A stretch of DNA of 63,929 bases from Maritimibacter sp. (GCA_037379985.1 JARRIY010000001.1:1-63929), one strand, 5' to 3'; counted from the stretch's first letter, positions 16,828-27,597 are shown. The notes: generated from the sequence alone by a model not told the origin. Translations and numbers: made by a program.

Positions 16828-17913
16828 ATGCCCCTCCATCCTGATGCCAAAGAGCTTGCTGCCCGCGCCCGTGCCGATCTGCGTGTGGGGGTGCCGGTTG
16901 TGCTGGGGATTGATGGTGCGGCGGCGCTGGTGGCCTCGGCGGAAACCCTGAGCGCGGCGCGGCTGGAGGCTTTGCGCAGCGTTGGGGCACCGGTTTTGGC
17001 AATCACCCCGCGCCGGGCTGAAACGCTGAAAGCCCGCGCCTATTCCGATCATGTGGCCCGGGTGATTGTGCCTGATGATGCCGATGCCGATTGGGTGCGT
17101 GCGATTGCCGATCCGGCGGATGATCTGATGGCACCGATGAAAGGCCCGCTGGCGACCGAGCGTGGTGGCGAAGAGCAGGTGGCCCACGCCGCGATTGCGC
17201 TGACCAAAGCTGCGCATCTGCTGCCCGCCGCCTTGCTGGTGCCTGTTGCCGATGGTGCCGCAGAAGCCGCCGCCAATGGGCTGACATGGCTCGATCTGAC
17301 CGGGGTTGATGATCTGGGCGAGATCGGCGTGCTCACCGAGGTTTCCGCTGCCCGCGTTCCGATGCAGGTCAGTCAGGCCGGGCGGCTTCATATCTATCGG
17401 CCCGGTGATGGCACGGAAGAGCATTATGCGGTTGAAATCGGTCGGCCCGACCGCGCCAAACCGGTGCTGGCCCGTATCCATTCGGCCTGTTTCACCGGCG
17501 ATGTGTTGGGTAGCCTGAAATGCGATTGCGGCCCGCAACTGCACGCCGCCCTTGAGGCGATGGCGGGTGAGGGCGCAGGGGTGCTGCTTTATCTCAATCA
17601 GGAAGGCCGCGGCATTGGCTTGGCCAACAAGATGCGCGCCTATTCACTGCAGGATCAGGGCTTTGACACGGTCGAGGCCAATCACCGGCTGGGCTTTGAG
17701 GATGATGAACGTGATTTCCGCATCGGCAGTGAGATCCTGAAATCCCTTGGGTTCAACGCTGTGCGGCTGATGACCAACAACCCGCGCAAGGTCGCGATGA
17801 TGGAAGAGCAGGGTGTGAGTGTTACCGAGCGCGTGCCGCTGAAAGTGGGTGAGGGCGAGCATAACCGTGCCTATCTCGCGACCAAGGCGGCGAAATCGGG
17901 GCATCTGCTATGA
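16828..17913 (+). CDS. ribA: GTP cyclohydrolase II (with degenerate N-terminal RibB-like domain)
   Basis: RIHSACFTGDVLGSLKCDCGPQL, QEGRGIGL and RLMTNNPRK motifs. Confidence 0.93.
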   Translation: MPLHPDAKELAARARADLRVGVPVVLGIDGAAALVASAETLSAARLEALRSVGAPVLAITPRRAETLKARAYSDHVARVIVPDDADADWVRAIADPADDLMAPMKGPLATERGGEEQVAHAAIALTKAAHLLPAALLVPVADGAAEAAANGLTWLDLTGVDDLGEIGVLTEVSAARVPMQVSQAGRLHIYRPGDGTEEHYAVEIGRPDRAKPVLARIHSACFTGDVLGSLKCDCGPQLHAALEAMAGEGAGVLLYLNQEGRGIGLANKMRAYSLQDQGFDTVEANHRLGFEDDERDFRIGSEILKSLGFNAVRLMTNNPRKVAMMEEQGVSVTERVPLKVGEGEHNRAYLATKAAKSGHLL

Positions 17914-18359
17914 CTCTGGCCGAGCTGATCGCCGCGTTTGCGGCCCTTGCCCCCGCATTTTCCAATGCCACACCTGCGACCATCGGCAGGGCGCTTGATG
18001 TGCCCTTTGACCTGACCAGCCAGACTGAATGGGCAGAAGTCTGGCAAGCGCTGGGAACGTCTCCGGTTACCGACTGGGAACTTCGCTTGCCGCGCCCGGG
18101 GGCAGCATTCGGTCCGTTGTTGATCGCCGAGCTGGTGGCGCCAGGAATCGATGCGGCTGAGCTTGATCCGCTGCTCGCGGATTGGCCCGTCGAGGATATC
18201 GATGTGGTCTCGCCGCCGCTCGATGGCGGCGCTGACTGGGTGCCGCTGCATTCATCCTGTCACACCCTGCCAGATGCTTCGCTTTGCGTGACTTGGCAAG
18301 GCTTTGACCCGGCACAGGCCATAGCGCTGAGCCTTGAAGCCGACGCAGAAGGCGAATGA
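17910..18359 (+). CDS. Hypothetical protein, possibly exported
   Basis: ATGA overlaps with ribA and with the next gene; hydrophobic N-terminus; no recognised family. Confidence 0.6.
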   Translation: MTLAELIAAFAALAPAFSNATPATIGRALDVPFDLTSQTEWAEVWQALGTSPVTDWELRLPRPGAAFGPLLIAELVAPGIDAAELDPLLADWPVEDIDVVSPPLDGGADWVPLHSSCHTLPDASLCVTWQGFDPAQAIALSLEADAEGE

Positions 18360-18868
18360 TCCCGCGCCGCAGCGATATGGTCGTTACCCGTTGGGGCGCT
18401 CGGTTCATGGGGCGGCGCTTTCCGGTATCGATTGGTCGGGGTGGGATCACCCACGACAAACGCGAAGGCGATATGGCGACGCCCTTCGGTGTCTGGTATC
18501 TGGTGATGGGCGGATACCGGGCCGACCGCGTATCGCTACCGCACAGCGCGATCCCGCTTGCGGCCATCCGCCCGCGCGACATCTGGTCAGACGATCCGGC
18601 AGACCCGAACTATAATCAATGGCTCAGCCGCCACGCCCATCCGTTCAGTCATGAAAAGCTGCGCCGCGCTGGTCGGCAATATGACATCGTGCTGATGAGC
18701 GACTGGAACTGGCCGCAACCCTTACCGGGGCGCGGCTCTGCGATTTTTGTGCATCACTGGCGTCGTCCGCGTTACCCCACCGCAGGCTGTCTGGCATTTC
18801 GCCCCGATCATCTGCGCTGGATCGTCGAGCACTGGCAGCCTGAGAGCCGGATCATCCTGCGCGGCTGA
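18356..18868 (+). CDS. L,D-transpeptidase (YkuD-like) family protein
   Basis: KREGDMATP, WSDDP and GSAIFVH...PTAGCLA (His/Cys catalytic motif). Confidence 0.88.
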   Translation: MIPRRSDMVVTRWGARFMGRRFPVSIGRGGITHDKREGDMATPFGVWYLVMGGYRADRVSLPHSAIPLAAIRPRDIWSDDPADPNYNQWLSRHAHPFSHEKLRRAGRQYDIVLMSDWNWPQPLPGRGSAIFVHHWRRPRYPTAGCLAFRPDHLRWIVEHWQPESRIILRG

Positions 18869-19258
18869 TCATTCCGGATAGCGGCGGGTTGCCGTTGCCT
18901 TTTCCAAAGGTCCATCCGGCCCCAGCGCCACCGCCTGCCATTGGTAACTATGCACAGCGCCCGGCGGGCAGGGGCTTTTATAGGTGAAAGCCCCGGGGGC
19001 GATGGTCCCATCCTGGGTCATCTCCACCGTGCCGCCGCCGTGATTGTACTGCGGCACGTCCAGATCGGTGAGCTTAAAGGCGATATAGGTGGTCCCGACG
19101 GGCAGGCCGGACAGCTCAAAGACCGGGTTTGGCACGATATTCGGTTGGCCCGAGGTGCAGAGCGGAATATCGCCCCAGTTGAAAGAGAGTTTCATATCGG
19201 CCTCCGCAGCGCTGGCGGCCACGGTGAAAATGGCGGTGATCAGACTGAGCAGACGCAT
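18869..19258 (-). CDS. Secreted YbhB/YbcL (PEBP-like) family protein
   Basis: Signal peptide; LTDLDVP.YNHGGG and YKSPCPP..HSYQW motifs. Confidence 0.75.
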   Translation of the reverse strand: MRLLSLITAIFTVAASAAEADMKLSFNWGDIPLCTSGQPNIVPNPVFELSGLPVGTTYIAFKLTDLDVPQYNHGGGTVEMTQDGTIAPGAFTYKSPCPPGAVHSYQWQAVALGPDGPLEKATATRRYPE

Positions 19259-19321
19259 GGGACCTCCGTAGCCAACAGGTGCAGGATGCCACGATTCGCG
19301 TGAAGTGTGGGGAATTTCGCC

Positions 19322-19975
19322 CTAGCTATAGCTGCGTTCGCCAAACAGCGCCGAGCCGACGCGCACATAGGTCGCGCCTTGCGCCACGGCCTTTTCGAAA
19401 TCATCTGACATGCCCATCGACAATTCCTCGATCCCGTTGCGGGCCGCGATCTTGGCGAGCAGGGCGAAATGCAGGCTGGGCTCTTCTTCTGCAGGGGGGA
19501 TGCACATCAGCCCTTCAATCTCCAGCCCGAGCGCGCGGCATTCGGCGATAAAGGCGTCGGCCTCGCCGGGCAGGACGCCCGCTTTCTGCTCTTCCTCGCC
19601 GGTATTGATCTGCACAAACAGGCGCGGGCAATGGCCGAGCTCGTTTTTTAGCCGGGCGATGGTGTGGGCCAGCTTCGGCCGGTCGAGGGTTTCGATCACG
19701 TCGAACAGCTCCATCGCCTGCCGGGCTTTGTTGGTTTGCAAAGGGCCAATGAGGTGCAGCTCAACACCGTCAAATCGATCGCGCAGATCCGGCCATTTTC
19801 CCGCCGCTTCCTGCACCTTGTTTTCACCAAACAGCCGGTGACCCTGTTCCAGAACGGCAACCACCCGTTCAACCGGCTGCACTTTTGAGACGGCGATCAG
19901 CCGGGCGCTGCCGGGGGTGCGGCCCATGCGGGCCTCTTCGGCATGGATCTGGTCGAGAATATCGGTGAGCGACAT
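19322..19975 (-). CDS. yggS: PLP homeostasis protein YggS/PLPBP
   Basis: LIAVSKVQ, FGENKVQE, HLIGPLQTNK, LSMGMS and VRVGSALFG; start ATG 19975 after GGAGG. Confidence 0.95.
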   Translation of the reverse strand: MSLTDILDQIHAEEARMGRTPGSARLIAVSKVQPVERVVAVLEQGHRLFGENKVQEAAGKWPDLRDRFDGVELHLIGPLQTNKARQAMELFDVIETLDRPKLAHTIARLKNELGHCPRLFVQINTGEEEQKAGVLPGEADAFIAECRALGLEIEGLMCIPPAEEEPSLHFALLAKIAARNGIEELSMGMSDDFEKAVAQGATYVRVGSALFGERSYS

Positions 19976-20017
19976 GTTGGCCTCCTGATCTTTCCTGCTG
20001 AAAATCACAGTAGGGCC

Positions 20018-20048
20018 AAAAAGAAAAGAGCGGGCCGAAGCCCGCTCT
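20018..20048 (-). terminator. Intrinsic terminator of the porin gene
   Basis: AGAGCGGGC-TTCG-GCCCGCTCT followed by a T-rich tract on the - strand. Confidence 0.85.
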
Positions 20049-20072
20049 CTCTGTTTCTAAATCCTGGTAGGA

Positions 20073-20909
20073 TTAGAAGGTCATCGACACACCAACAGTG
20101 GCCAGGCCAGTGTTCAGGTCGTTGTCGTAGGTGTAGCCAGCGTCAACCGAGACGCCGCCGCCCAGATCGTAGGAACCCGACAGACCGTAGTCGAAATTGG
20201 TCGCGTCAACACCGTTGTCGTCTTGCACGAAGGCAGACACCGAGTAGGCACCCGAGGCATAACCAGCGGTGGCTTTCCATTCGATCGCGCCACCGGTGAT
20301 GGTGTAGGTCGCGTCAACACCCAGCGAGAAGCCAGACATCGCGGCGGTCCCGCCGAAGTCGATGGTATCAGCACTCCAGCCGCCGGCTTGGCCAGCGTTC
20401 ACTTGGGCGTAAACCGAGTAGTCGCCGAAGGCGTAGTCAACACGCAGGTCTGCTGCATCGTTGGCGGCGCCAGCGTTCCAATCGTAGCCAACAGCAACGG
20501 TGAAATCACCGAAGGTGTAGCTGTAGCCGTAGTTGGTGTCGAAAACACCAGCGCTGCCGTCAAACGCAACGGTCAGTTTGCCGAAGTCGCCCGACAGGTA
20601 CAGCGAGGTGTCGCCAACGCCAGCAGCGGTCAGGGACGCACCGCCGAAGCCGGTGTCGGTGTTGTCGTCTTCAACGCCGTAGCCACCGGCGGTGACTTCG
20701 ATCGACGCGCCAGCTTCCAGACCCATGTCGGTGGTGGTCGACATGCCAGCGGTGAAGCTCGAGCTGGTGGTCGGGGTCAGAGTGGCAGTGGTGGTGTTGT
20801 AAGCAACGCCAAAACCGGCAGAGCCCGAGAAGGAGAAGTTAGCAGTGTCAGCAGCAGCGAAACCGGCGGTACCCACCAGGATCGTCGAAGCGAGAAGAAT
20901 CTTTTTCAT
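20073..20909 (-). CDS. Major outer-membrane porin (Rhodobacter type)
   Basis: MKKILLASTILVGTAGFAAA signal, alternating beta-strands, TTDMGLEAGA, YDLGGG and C-terminal Phe; strongly biased codons. Confidence 0.9.
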   Translation of the reverse strand: MKKILLASTILVGTAGFAAADTANFSFSGSAGFGVAYNTTTATLTPTTSSSFTAGMSTTTDMGLEAGASIEVTAGGYGVEDDNTDTGFGGASLTAAGVGDTSLYLSGDFGKLTVAFDGSAGVFDTNYGYSYTFGDFTVAVGYDWNAGAANDAADLRVDYAFGDYSVYAQVNAGQAGGWSADTIDFGGTAAMSGFSLGVDATYTITGGAIEWKATAGYASGAYSVSAFVQDDNGVDATNFDYGLSGSYDLGGGVSVDAGYTYDNDLNTGLATVGVSMTF

Positions 20910-21207
20910 TTCGTTTTCCCTCGTTTTTCTAAAAGGTGCACCTCAATCCAGGGGAATCCGAATTGAGTATGCTGCTTCCTCGCTCTTTGGTCGGATTATT
21001 GCAAGCGCTCCGATATTTGATGCGCGATTGTGCTCAGGGATGATGCAGCAATGCCACAGTTAGGGGCTCTAACCGGCAGTTTCGCATTCTCTCTCTATAT
21101 ATAGGGGGCACAGGGCAGGGTCATCCGATCCTGCGACCGGGAAAACGCTTGCCGCGCCTTATCCCCTTGGTTACTTAGGGACGGAACTTTGAGGATGGGG
21201 TGCTCTC

Positions 21208-21702
21208 ATGCAGATCGGGCGGACCACGGTAACGGCTCTTTTACTGACAGGGGCGCTGGCTCTATCGGGGTGCAGCGGGTTTGGCAATTTCTTTGGTGGC
21301 GGTGCTAGTGAGACCACGGCGGCCGCAACGCCGAAGCGTCGTCCGGACAGAGCTGAGCGCTCGACGATCTGGGATTTGTTCTCGAATCAAGACAATCCGA
21401 ACACCACCGTTGAAGTGAACAAATACCTGTGGAACGGCGCGCTCGACGTGCTCGACTTCCTGCCGCTGCAAAACGCGGACCCGTTCACTGGCGTGATGGT
21501 CTTTGGCTACGGCACGCCGCCGGGTGGCGGGCAGGCCTATAAAGCCACCGTTTATGTGCGCGATCCGGCTCTGGATGCGCGTTCGATCGAGGTTTCGCTG
21601 CAAACGCGTGGCGGTCCGGTATCGGCGGCAACCGCCCATGCGGTGGAAGACGCGATTCTGGCGCGCGCCCGTCAGCTACGTATCCAGGACCGTAATCTCT
21701 GA
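21208..21702 (+). CDS. DUF3576-type lipoprotein
   Basis: Lipobox LSGC; [23 protein letters not shown]; upstream of leuS as usual in alphaproteobacteria. Confidence 0.82.
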   Translation: MQIGRTTVTALLLTGALALSGCSGFGNFFGGGASETTAAATPKRRPDRAERSTIWDLFSNQDNPNTTVEVNKYLWNGALDVLDFLPLQNADPFTGVMVFGYGTPPGGGQAYKATVYVRDPALDARSIEVSLQTRGGPVSAATAHAVEDAILARARQLRIQDRNL

Positions 21703-21785
21703 CCCCGGGACTGGACCCTATCGGATCATCAGACTACACCAGCGCCGGGCCCTTGCCCGGCGTTTCTATATTCGGAGAGCAATAC

Positions 21786-24365
21786 ATGTCTCGCTACGAC
21801 GCTAGCATCATCGAGCCGAAATGGCAGGCGGTCTGGGATGAGGCCGGAACCTTCGCGGCCAAACGCGATGAAACCAAGCCGAAATTCTATGTGCTTGAGA
21901 TGTTCCCCTATCCTTCGGGCCGCATCCATATTGGCCATGTGCGCAACTACACGATGGGCGACGTGGTGGCGCGCTATAAGCTGGCGAAAGGCTTTTCCGT
22001 GCTGCACCCGATGGGCTGGGATGCCTTCGGGATGCCGGCTGAAAACGCTGCGATGGCTTCTGGCGGGCATCCGAAAACCTGGACCTATCAGAATATCGAA
22101 GACATGAAGGTGCAGATGAAGCCGATGGGCTGGTCGCTCGACTGGTCGCGCGAGCTGGCTACCTGCGATCCGGAATATTACGGCCAGCAACAGGCGATGT
22201 TCATCGACATGCTGGATAAGGAGCTGGTCTACCGCAAAAACGCCGTGGTCAACTGGGATCCGGTGGATATGACCGTGCTGGCCAATGAGCAGGTGATCGA
22301 CGGCAAAGGCTGGCGTTCGGGTGCTGAGGTTGAGCGCAAGGAGTTGACGCAGTGGTTCTTTAAGATCTCGGATTTCTCGGAAGAGCTACTGGAGGCCATC
22401 GACACGCTGAAAGACTGGCCCGAGAAAGTGCGGCTGATGCAGGCGAACTGGATCGGCAAGTCGCGCGGGCTGACCTTCTCGTTTGAATTTGCCGATGCCG
22501 ATGATGTGGCGCTGGCCAAGCTGGTCGACAAACCCACCGGCATTGAAGTCTTTACCACCCGCCCCGACACGCTGATGGGGGCGAGCTTTGTCGGCATCTC
22601 GCCCGATCACCCGATTGCCCGTTCGCTGGAAACGGAAAACAGCGATGTGGCGGAGTTTGTTGCGAAATGCCGGAAAGGTGGCACCACCGAAGAAGCCATC
22701 GAAACCGCTGAAAAGCTGGGCATGGATACTGGCATTCGGGTGAAACACCCGCTCGACCCGAATTGGGAACTGCCGGTCTGGATCGCCAACTTCATTCTGA
22801 TGGATTATGGCACTGGGGCGATTTTCGGCTCGGCGGCGCATGATCAGCGCGACCTTGATTTCGCCCGCAAATACGGGCTGCCGGTGATTGACACCTTCTT
22901 TGATCTGAACGATCCGAAACCGGTGGAAGATGAAGCCTTCCTGCCGCCGAAATCGGATAAGGTGAAATGGGTCAACCACTTCACCGGGATTGACGAAGCC
23001 ACGGGCGATGAAGCCATCGAAGCCACCATCGCTTTTGCCGAAAAGGCAGGTTGGGGTAAAGGCGTGACCCAATACCGCCTGCGCGACTGGGGCCTCTCCC
23101 GTCAGCGCTACTGGGGTTGCCCGATCCCGGTTGTGCATTGTGAAACCTGCGGCGTGGTGCCGGAGAAGAAAGAAAATCTGCCGGTCAAACTGCCTGACGA
23201 TGTCAGCTTCGATCAGCCCGGCAATCCGCTGGATCGCCACCCGACCTGGCGTGATTGTTCCTGCCCGAGCTGCGGCGCGCCCGCGAAGCGCGAGACCGAC
23301 ACGATGGACACCTTTGTGGACAGCTCGTGGTATTACGCGCGCTTCACCAATCCCCATGCCGATACGCCCACAGTAGCGGAAGACGTGAAGTATTGGATGA
23401 ATGTCGATCAATATATCGGCGGTATCGAGCACGCGATTCTGCACCTGCTTTACTCGCGTTTCTATGCCCGGGCGATGAACCTGACCGGCCATCTGCCGGA
23501 TAGTGCGAAAGAACCGTTCAACGCGCTGTTCACCCAAGGCATGGTGACCCACGCGATCTACCAGACCCGCGATGCGGCGGGCCGGGCGGTGTATCATTAC
23601 CCGGAAGAGGTCGAGCTGACCGAGACGGGCGCGGTGCTGAAAGAAACCGGCGAGGCGGTTGAGGTGATTCCCTCGGCCAAGATGTCGAAATCCAAGTATA
23701 ACGTGGTGGATCCGGTCGATATCGTCGAGCGCTACGGCGCCGATACCGCGCGTTGGTTCGTGATGTCTGACAGCCCGCCGGAACGCGATGTGGAATGGAC
23801 AGCCTCGGGCGCCGAAGCCGCTTCGAAATTCCTCGCCCGGATCTGGCGTATGGCCGACGAGATTGCCGAGGCCGAAGGGGCGGGCAGCGATGATGACGCG
23901 TTGCTGCGCGAGCTGCACAAAACCATCGACGCGGTGACAAAAGGGATTGAAGGCTTTGCCTTCAACACCTCGATTGCCAAGCTCTACGGGTTTACCAACA
24001 CCCTGCAGAAATCCAAAGCCGGGGCGGAGACACGCCAGCAGGCGATGCGGGTGATGGCGCAGCTTCTGGCACCGATGGTGCCGCACCTGGCCGAAGAGAT
24101 TTGGGCGCGGCTCGGCGGTGAAGGGCTGGTGGCAAACGCTGCCTGGCCGGAAGCCGATCCGGCGCTGCTGGTCGATGACAGCGTGACCCTGCCGATCCAG
24201 ATCAACGGCAAACGCAAAGCCGAGATCACCGTGCCGAAAGACATGGACAAGGCTGAGGTGGAAGCCCTGGCGCTCGCCACCGATGCGGTGCAGAAGGCGC
24301 TTGGTGGCAACGCGCCGAAAAAGGTGATCGTGGTCCCCGGTCGAATCGTCAACGTGGTGGCGTAA
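21786..24365 (+). CDS. leuS: Leucine--tRNA ligase
   Basis: MFPYPSG, HIGH, editing-domain TTRPDT/GTGA and KMSKS; start ATG 21786 after GGAG. Confidence 0.98.
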   Translation: MSRYDASIIEPKWQAVWDEAGTFAAKRDETKPKFYVLEMFPYPSGRIHIGHVRNYTMGDVVARYKLAKGFSVLHPMGWDAFGMPAENAAMASGGHPKTWTYQNIEDMKVQMKPMGWSLDWSRELATCDPEYYGQQQAMFIDMLDKELVYRKNAVVNWDPVDMTVLANEQVIDGKGWRSGAEVERKELTQWFFKISDFSEELLEAIDTLKDWPEKVRLMQANWIGKSRGLTFSFEFADADDVALAKLVDKPTGIEVFTTRPDTLMGASFVGISPDHPIARSLETENSDVAEFVAKCRKGGTTEEAIETAEKLGMDTGIRVKHPLDPNWELPVWIANFILMDYGTGAIFGSAAHDQRDLDFARKYGLPVIDTFFDLNDPKPVEDEAFLPPKSDKVKWVNHFTGIDEATGDEAIEATIAFAEKAGWGKGVTQYRLRDWGLSRQRYWGCPIPVVHCETCGVVPEKKENLPVKLPDDVSFDQPGNPLDRHPTWRDCSCPSCGAPAKRETDTMDTFVDSSWYYARFTNPHADTPTVAEDVKYWMNVDQYIGGIEHAILHLLYSRFYARAMNLTGHLPDSAKEPFNALFTQGMVTHAIYQTRDAAGRAVYHYPEEVELTETGAVLKETGEAVEVIPSAKMSKSKYNVVDPVDIVERYGADTARWFVMSDSPPERDVEWTASGAEAASKFLARIWRMADEIAEAEGAGSDDDALLRELHKTIDAVTKGIEGFAFNTSIAKLYGFTNTLQKSKAGAETRQQAMRVMAQLLAPMVPHLAEEIWARLGGEGLVANAAWPEADPALLVDDSVTLPIQINGKRKAEITVPKDMDKAEVEALALATDAVQKALGGNAPKKVIVVPGRIVNVVA

Positions 24366-24472
24366 TCGACCACAATGCGTAGGATGTTGGGTATCATGGT
24401 GCCGAATGTAGCTGATACCTTTTCGCCCGTCTCAATGACGGGCGACACCCGCCCCTTCTGGGGGGAGGGGGT

Positions 24473-25495
24473 ATGAAGCTTTCGCCCCGCGACGCGCCTA
24501 GCTTTTTCGCCAAGCCCAAACCCGGCATGACCGGGGTGCTGATTTATGGTGCCGATGCGATGCGGGTGGCGCTGAAGCGGCAGGAACTGATCGCGGGCCT
24601 CGTTGGTCCGAATGGCGAAGAGGAAATGCGCCTGACTCGCATTCCGGCGGGGGATCTGCGCAAGGACCCGGCGCAACTTTCCGATGCGCTGAAGGCGCAA
24701 GGCTTTTTCCCCGGTCCGCGCGTGGCTTTTGTCGAAGACGCCACCGATACGCTGGCGAAAACCGTCACCCCGGCGCTGGATGATTGGGCCGAAGGCGATG
24801 CGACGCTGGTGATCACAGCGGGCAGCCTGACCCCGCGTTCGGCTCTGCGCAAATTCTTCGAGACCCATAAAAACGCTTATGCGGTGGGGATTTACGACGA
24901 TCCACCCTCGCGGGCCGAGATCGAGGCAGAGCTTGCCAAAGCCGGGCTAAAACAGGTCTCGCCCGAGGCGATGAACGATATCAACGCCCTGTCGCGGGCG
25001 CTCGATCCGGGCGATTTCCGCCAGACCATCGAAAAGCTCGCGCTCTACAAGCTCAGCGACGACACGCCCACCAGCCCCGCCGATGTGATGGCCTGTGCCC
25101 CCGGCTCGACCGAAGCCGAGATGGATGATCTGATCCACGCTGTGGCCGAAGGGCGGGCAGGCGAGCTTGGCCCGCTGATGGTGCGACTTGAAGCGCAGGG
25201 GGTGCAGCCGGTCGGGCTGTGCATCGCCGCCACCCGGCATTTTCGCAGCCTTCATCTGGCCGCCTCGCATCCGGAAGGCCCCGCCAAGGGCATCGCCACC
25301 GCCCGCCCGCCAGTGCATTTCAAATCGCGCGACAGAATGGTGCGGCAGGCCCAGCAATGGGGGGTAAACCGGCTGGAGTCGGCGCTGGAGATCCTGATCG
25401 ACACCGATCTGACCCTGCGCTCGTCGTCTCGCGCCCCGGCAGCAGCTCTGGTTGAGCGCGCACTTATCCGCCTCTCATACCTGCCACGCGGCTAG
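24473..25495 (+). CDS. holA: DNA polymerase III subunit delta
   Basis: VLIYGAD, GFFPGPRV, EKLALYK and RPPVHFK; position after leuS. Confidence 0.92.
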   Translation: MKLSPRDAPSFFAKPKPGMTGVLIYGADAMRVALKRQELIAGLVGPNGEEEMRLTRIPAGDLRKDPAQLSDALKAQGFFPGPRVAFVEDATDTLAKTVTPALDDWAEGDATLVITAGSLTPRSALRKFFETHKNAYAVGIYDDPPSRAEIEAELAKAGLKQVSPEAMNDINALSRALDPGDFRQTIEKLALYKLSDDTPTSPADVMACAPGSTEAEMDDLIHAVAEGRAGELGPLMVRLEAQGVQPVGLCIAATRHFRSLHLAASHPEGPAKGIATARPPVHFKSRDRMVRQAQQWGVNRLESALEILIDTDLTLRSSSRAPAAALVERALIRLSYLPRG

Positions 25496-25544
25496 ACAAA
25501 TCGCGCTTTGTCTGCATTCCCTGAGCCAAACAGGGAGAGAATTC

Positions 25545-26165
25545 ATGTATCAACTCTATGGCAAGGCCTCGTCGCGGGCCTTTCGGGTGCTTTGGCTGCT
25601 GGAAGAGCTGGGATTGCCTTATGACCATCAGAAGGTTGCGCCCCAATCCGACGAAGTGCGCGCCCATAACCCGGCGGGCAAGGTGCCGGTGCTGATCGCG
25701 GATGATGAGGCGCTGACCGATTCCACCGCGATCATGACATTTCTGACCGACCGCCATGGCGCGCTGACCTTTCCGCCGGGCAGCATCGAGCGCGCCCGGC
25801 AGGATGGGCTGACAAATTTCATCAATGATGAGCTGGATGCAGCGCTGTGGATCGTCACCCGCCATGCATTCCTCTACCCGGAAGAGCGCCGGGTGCCAGA
25901 AATCAAACCCTCGGTGGCGGCGGAATTTGAACGCTCTATCAATGAACTGGCCCGGCGGCTGGGCGATGGTCCGTTTCTGATGGGCGAGCAGATGACGGTG
26001 CCCGATATTCTTGCCGTGCATTGTGCGGGCTGGGCGCAGGTGCTGGGCTTTCCGCTTCCCGATGACGGCTTCAACACCTATGTCGAGCGCCTGAAAACCC
26101 GCCCGGCCTATCAACGCGTCCGGGAGATGCGCGAAGGATGGTCGAAGCCTCCATCGCCCGAATAG
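25545..26165 (+). CDS. Glutathione S-transferase
   Basis: SRAFRVLWLLEEL, NPAGKVPVL and LTDSTAI; start ATG 25545. Confidence 0.92.
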   Translation: MYQLYGKASSRAFRVLWLLEELGLPYDHQKVAPQSDEVRAHNPAGKVPVLIADDEALTDSTAIMTFLTDRHGALTFPPGSIERARQDGLTNFINDELDAALWIVTRHAFLYPEERRVPEIKPSVAAEFERSINELARRLGDGPFLMGEQMTVPDILAVHCAGWAQVLGFPLPDDGFNTYVERLKTRPAYQRVREMREGWSKPPSPE

Positions 26166-26198
26166 TGCAGTTACCTGCGCCTCAGGTTTTTTAGCTGA

Positions 26199-26444
26199 TC
26201 ATTTCTTGGGTTCGCAGGCGATGCCATCGCCGTCGCGGTCCAAGCGATAGACGTCTGGTCCCACGACCTTGACCGGTCCGACCACATAGGCAGGTCCATT
26301 CCCACTTCCGCCTGCACAATCCACATCGCTGGCAATCGGCACGCAGACATTCGCATAGGACGGGTGGCAGTTTTGATCTGCCGCCTGTGCCCAGCCAACG
26401 GGCACAATAATAGCGGTTAGCACGGAAACAAAATATCGGATCAT
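26199..26444 (-). CDS. Secreted excalibur-like calcium-binding protein
   Basis: Signal peptide; CHPSY..CVP...DVDC and YRLDRDGDGIACE motif; GAGGG RBS before ATG 26444. Confidence 0.8.
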   Translation of the reverse strand: MIRYFVSVLTAIIVPVGWAQAADQNCHPSYANVCVPIASDVDCAGGSGNGPAYVVGPVKVVGPDVYRLDRDGDGIACEPKK

Positions 26445-26547
26445 GGACACACCCTCAAAACAACCACACTATATCAGTTGGTTATGGGATGCTGTGTGTC
26501 AAGATTTGACTGTGCCATAGCAGAGCGCAAAGCCCGGACAGTTTTAC

Positions 26548-27492
26548 TTACCGAGGGGCTGCTGCCCGCCGCAGACGGTCATTGATCGCCCGCCCCAGCC
26601 CGATCTCGGGGATCGGGGAAACGGCGATGGGCGCGTTGCCCGCCTGATCCAGCGCGTGCAGGTGGTGAAAGAGGTTGGCGGCTGCTTCAACCAGATCGCC
26701 CGAGGGCGAGAGGTTCAGCGCAGTCCCTTCGACCGGCCCAAAGCCCAGCAGCCGTTCATCCCCCTCCGCCTGATCTGCATTCAACCGCATCGTTGCTTTC
26801 GGGGCGTAATGCGAGGCGAGCTGCCCGGGGGCGTTGATCGCCGCATCCCCGGCCATGCGCGGCAGTTCCATGCCCAGACAGGCTTCAATCGCTTCCGCCG
26901 GCAACCCGCCGGGGCGCAGAAGAGTCGGCACCGGATCGACCCCGATAATGGTGCTTTCCAAGCCCACAGCGCAGGGCCCGCCATCGAGTACTGCTTCGAT
27001 CTTGCCGTCCAGACCGGTCGTCACATGTGCCGCTTCGCTGGGCGAGATCCGGCCTGACGGGTTTGCTGAGGGCGCGGCGATCGGGCGACCCGCCGCCGCC
27101 AGCAGCTTACGCGCCAGCGCATGATCGGGCAGGCGCACTGCCACGGTGGGCAGGCCTGCTGAGACCAGCGGCGACAACCCTGCATCTTCGCGCAGCGGCA
27201 AGACCAGCGTTAGCGGCCCGGGCCAGAACGCATCGGCCAGCCGCAGCGCGTCACCTTCCAGCACCGCATAGCGCTCAACCGCCTCCAGCGACGGCAGATG
27301 GATGATCAGCGGGTTGAAATGCGGCCGTCCCTTGGCTTCGAAAATTCGCGCCACGGCCCGGTCATTGGTCGCATCCGCGCCCAGCCCGTAAACCGTTTCG
27401 GTGGGAAAGCTTACCAGCCCGCCCGCGCGCAATATCTCTGCCGCCCGGCCAATGCCGCCCGCATCCGGGCTCAGAATCTCGGTTGCATCCAT
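26548..27492 (-). CDS. sua5: Threonylcarbamoyl-AMP synthase (Sua5/TsaC)
   Basis: FPTETVYGLGADA, AKGRP..NPLI, APSANPSG and SUA5 domain APGQLASHYAP. Confidence 0.95.
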   Translation of the reverse strand: MDATEILSPDAGGIGRAAEILRAGGLVSFPTETVYGLGADATNDRAVARIFEAKGRPHFNPLIIHLPSLEAVERYAVLEGDALRLADAFWPGPLTLVLPLREDAGLSPLVSAGLPTVAVRLPDHALARKLLAAAGRPIAAPSANPSGRISPSEAAHVTTGLDGKIEAVLDGGPCAVGLESTIIGVDPVPTLLRPGGLPAEAIEACLGMELPRMAGDAAINAPGQLASHYAPKATMRLNADQAEGDERLLGFGPVEGTALNLSPSGDLVEAAANLFHHLHALDQAGNAPIAVSPIPEIGLGRAINDRLRRAAAPR

Positions 27493-27597
27493 GACGCTGC
27501 GTTTCCCTTGTCTTGCCCCGGCCCGGGGCTAGGGTGCCTGTTGCGCTTGCTACAGGGCGGGCGCAGCCTTGTGAAGCCCGTGAAAGAAGGTCCGGCC

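Noticed and set aside
21741-21766. Hairpin upstream of leuS as a possible T-box or attenuator
   Set aside because: Spacer is only about 80 bp with no T-box motif or Leu-rich leader; probably a simple terminator-like stem
24375-24500. 41-codon ORF MRRMLGIMVP... between leuS and holA as an lptE remnant
   Set aside because: No lipobox, no resemblance to LptE, no RBS; runs out of frame into holA
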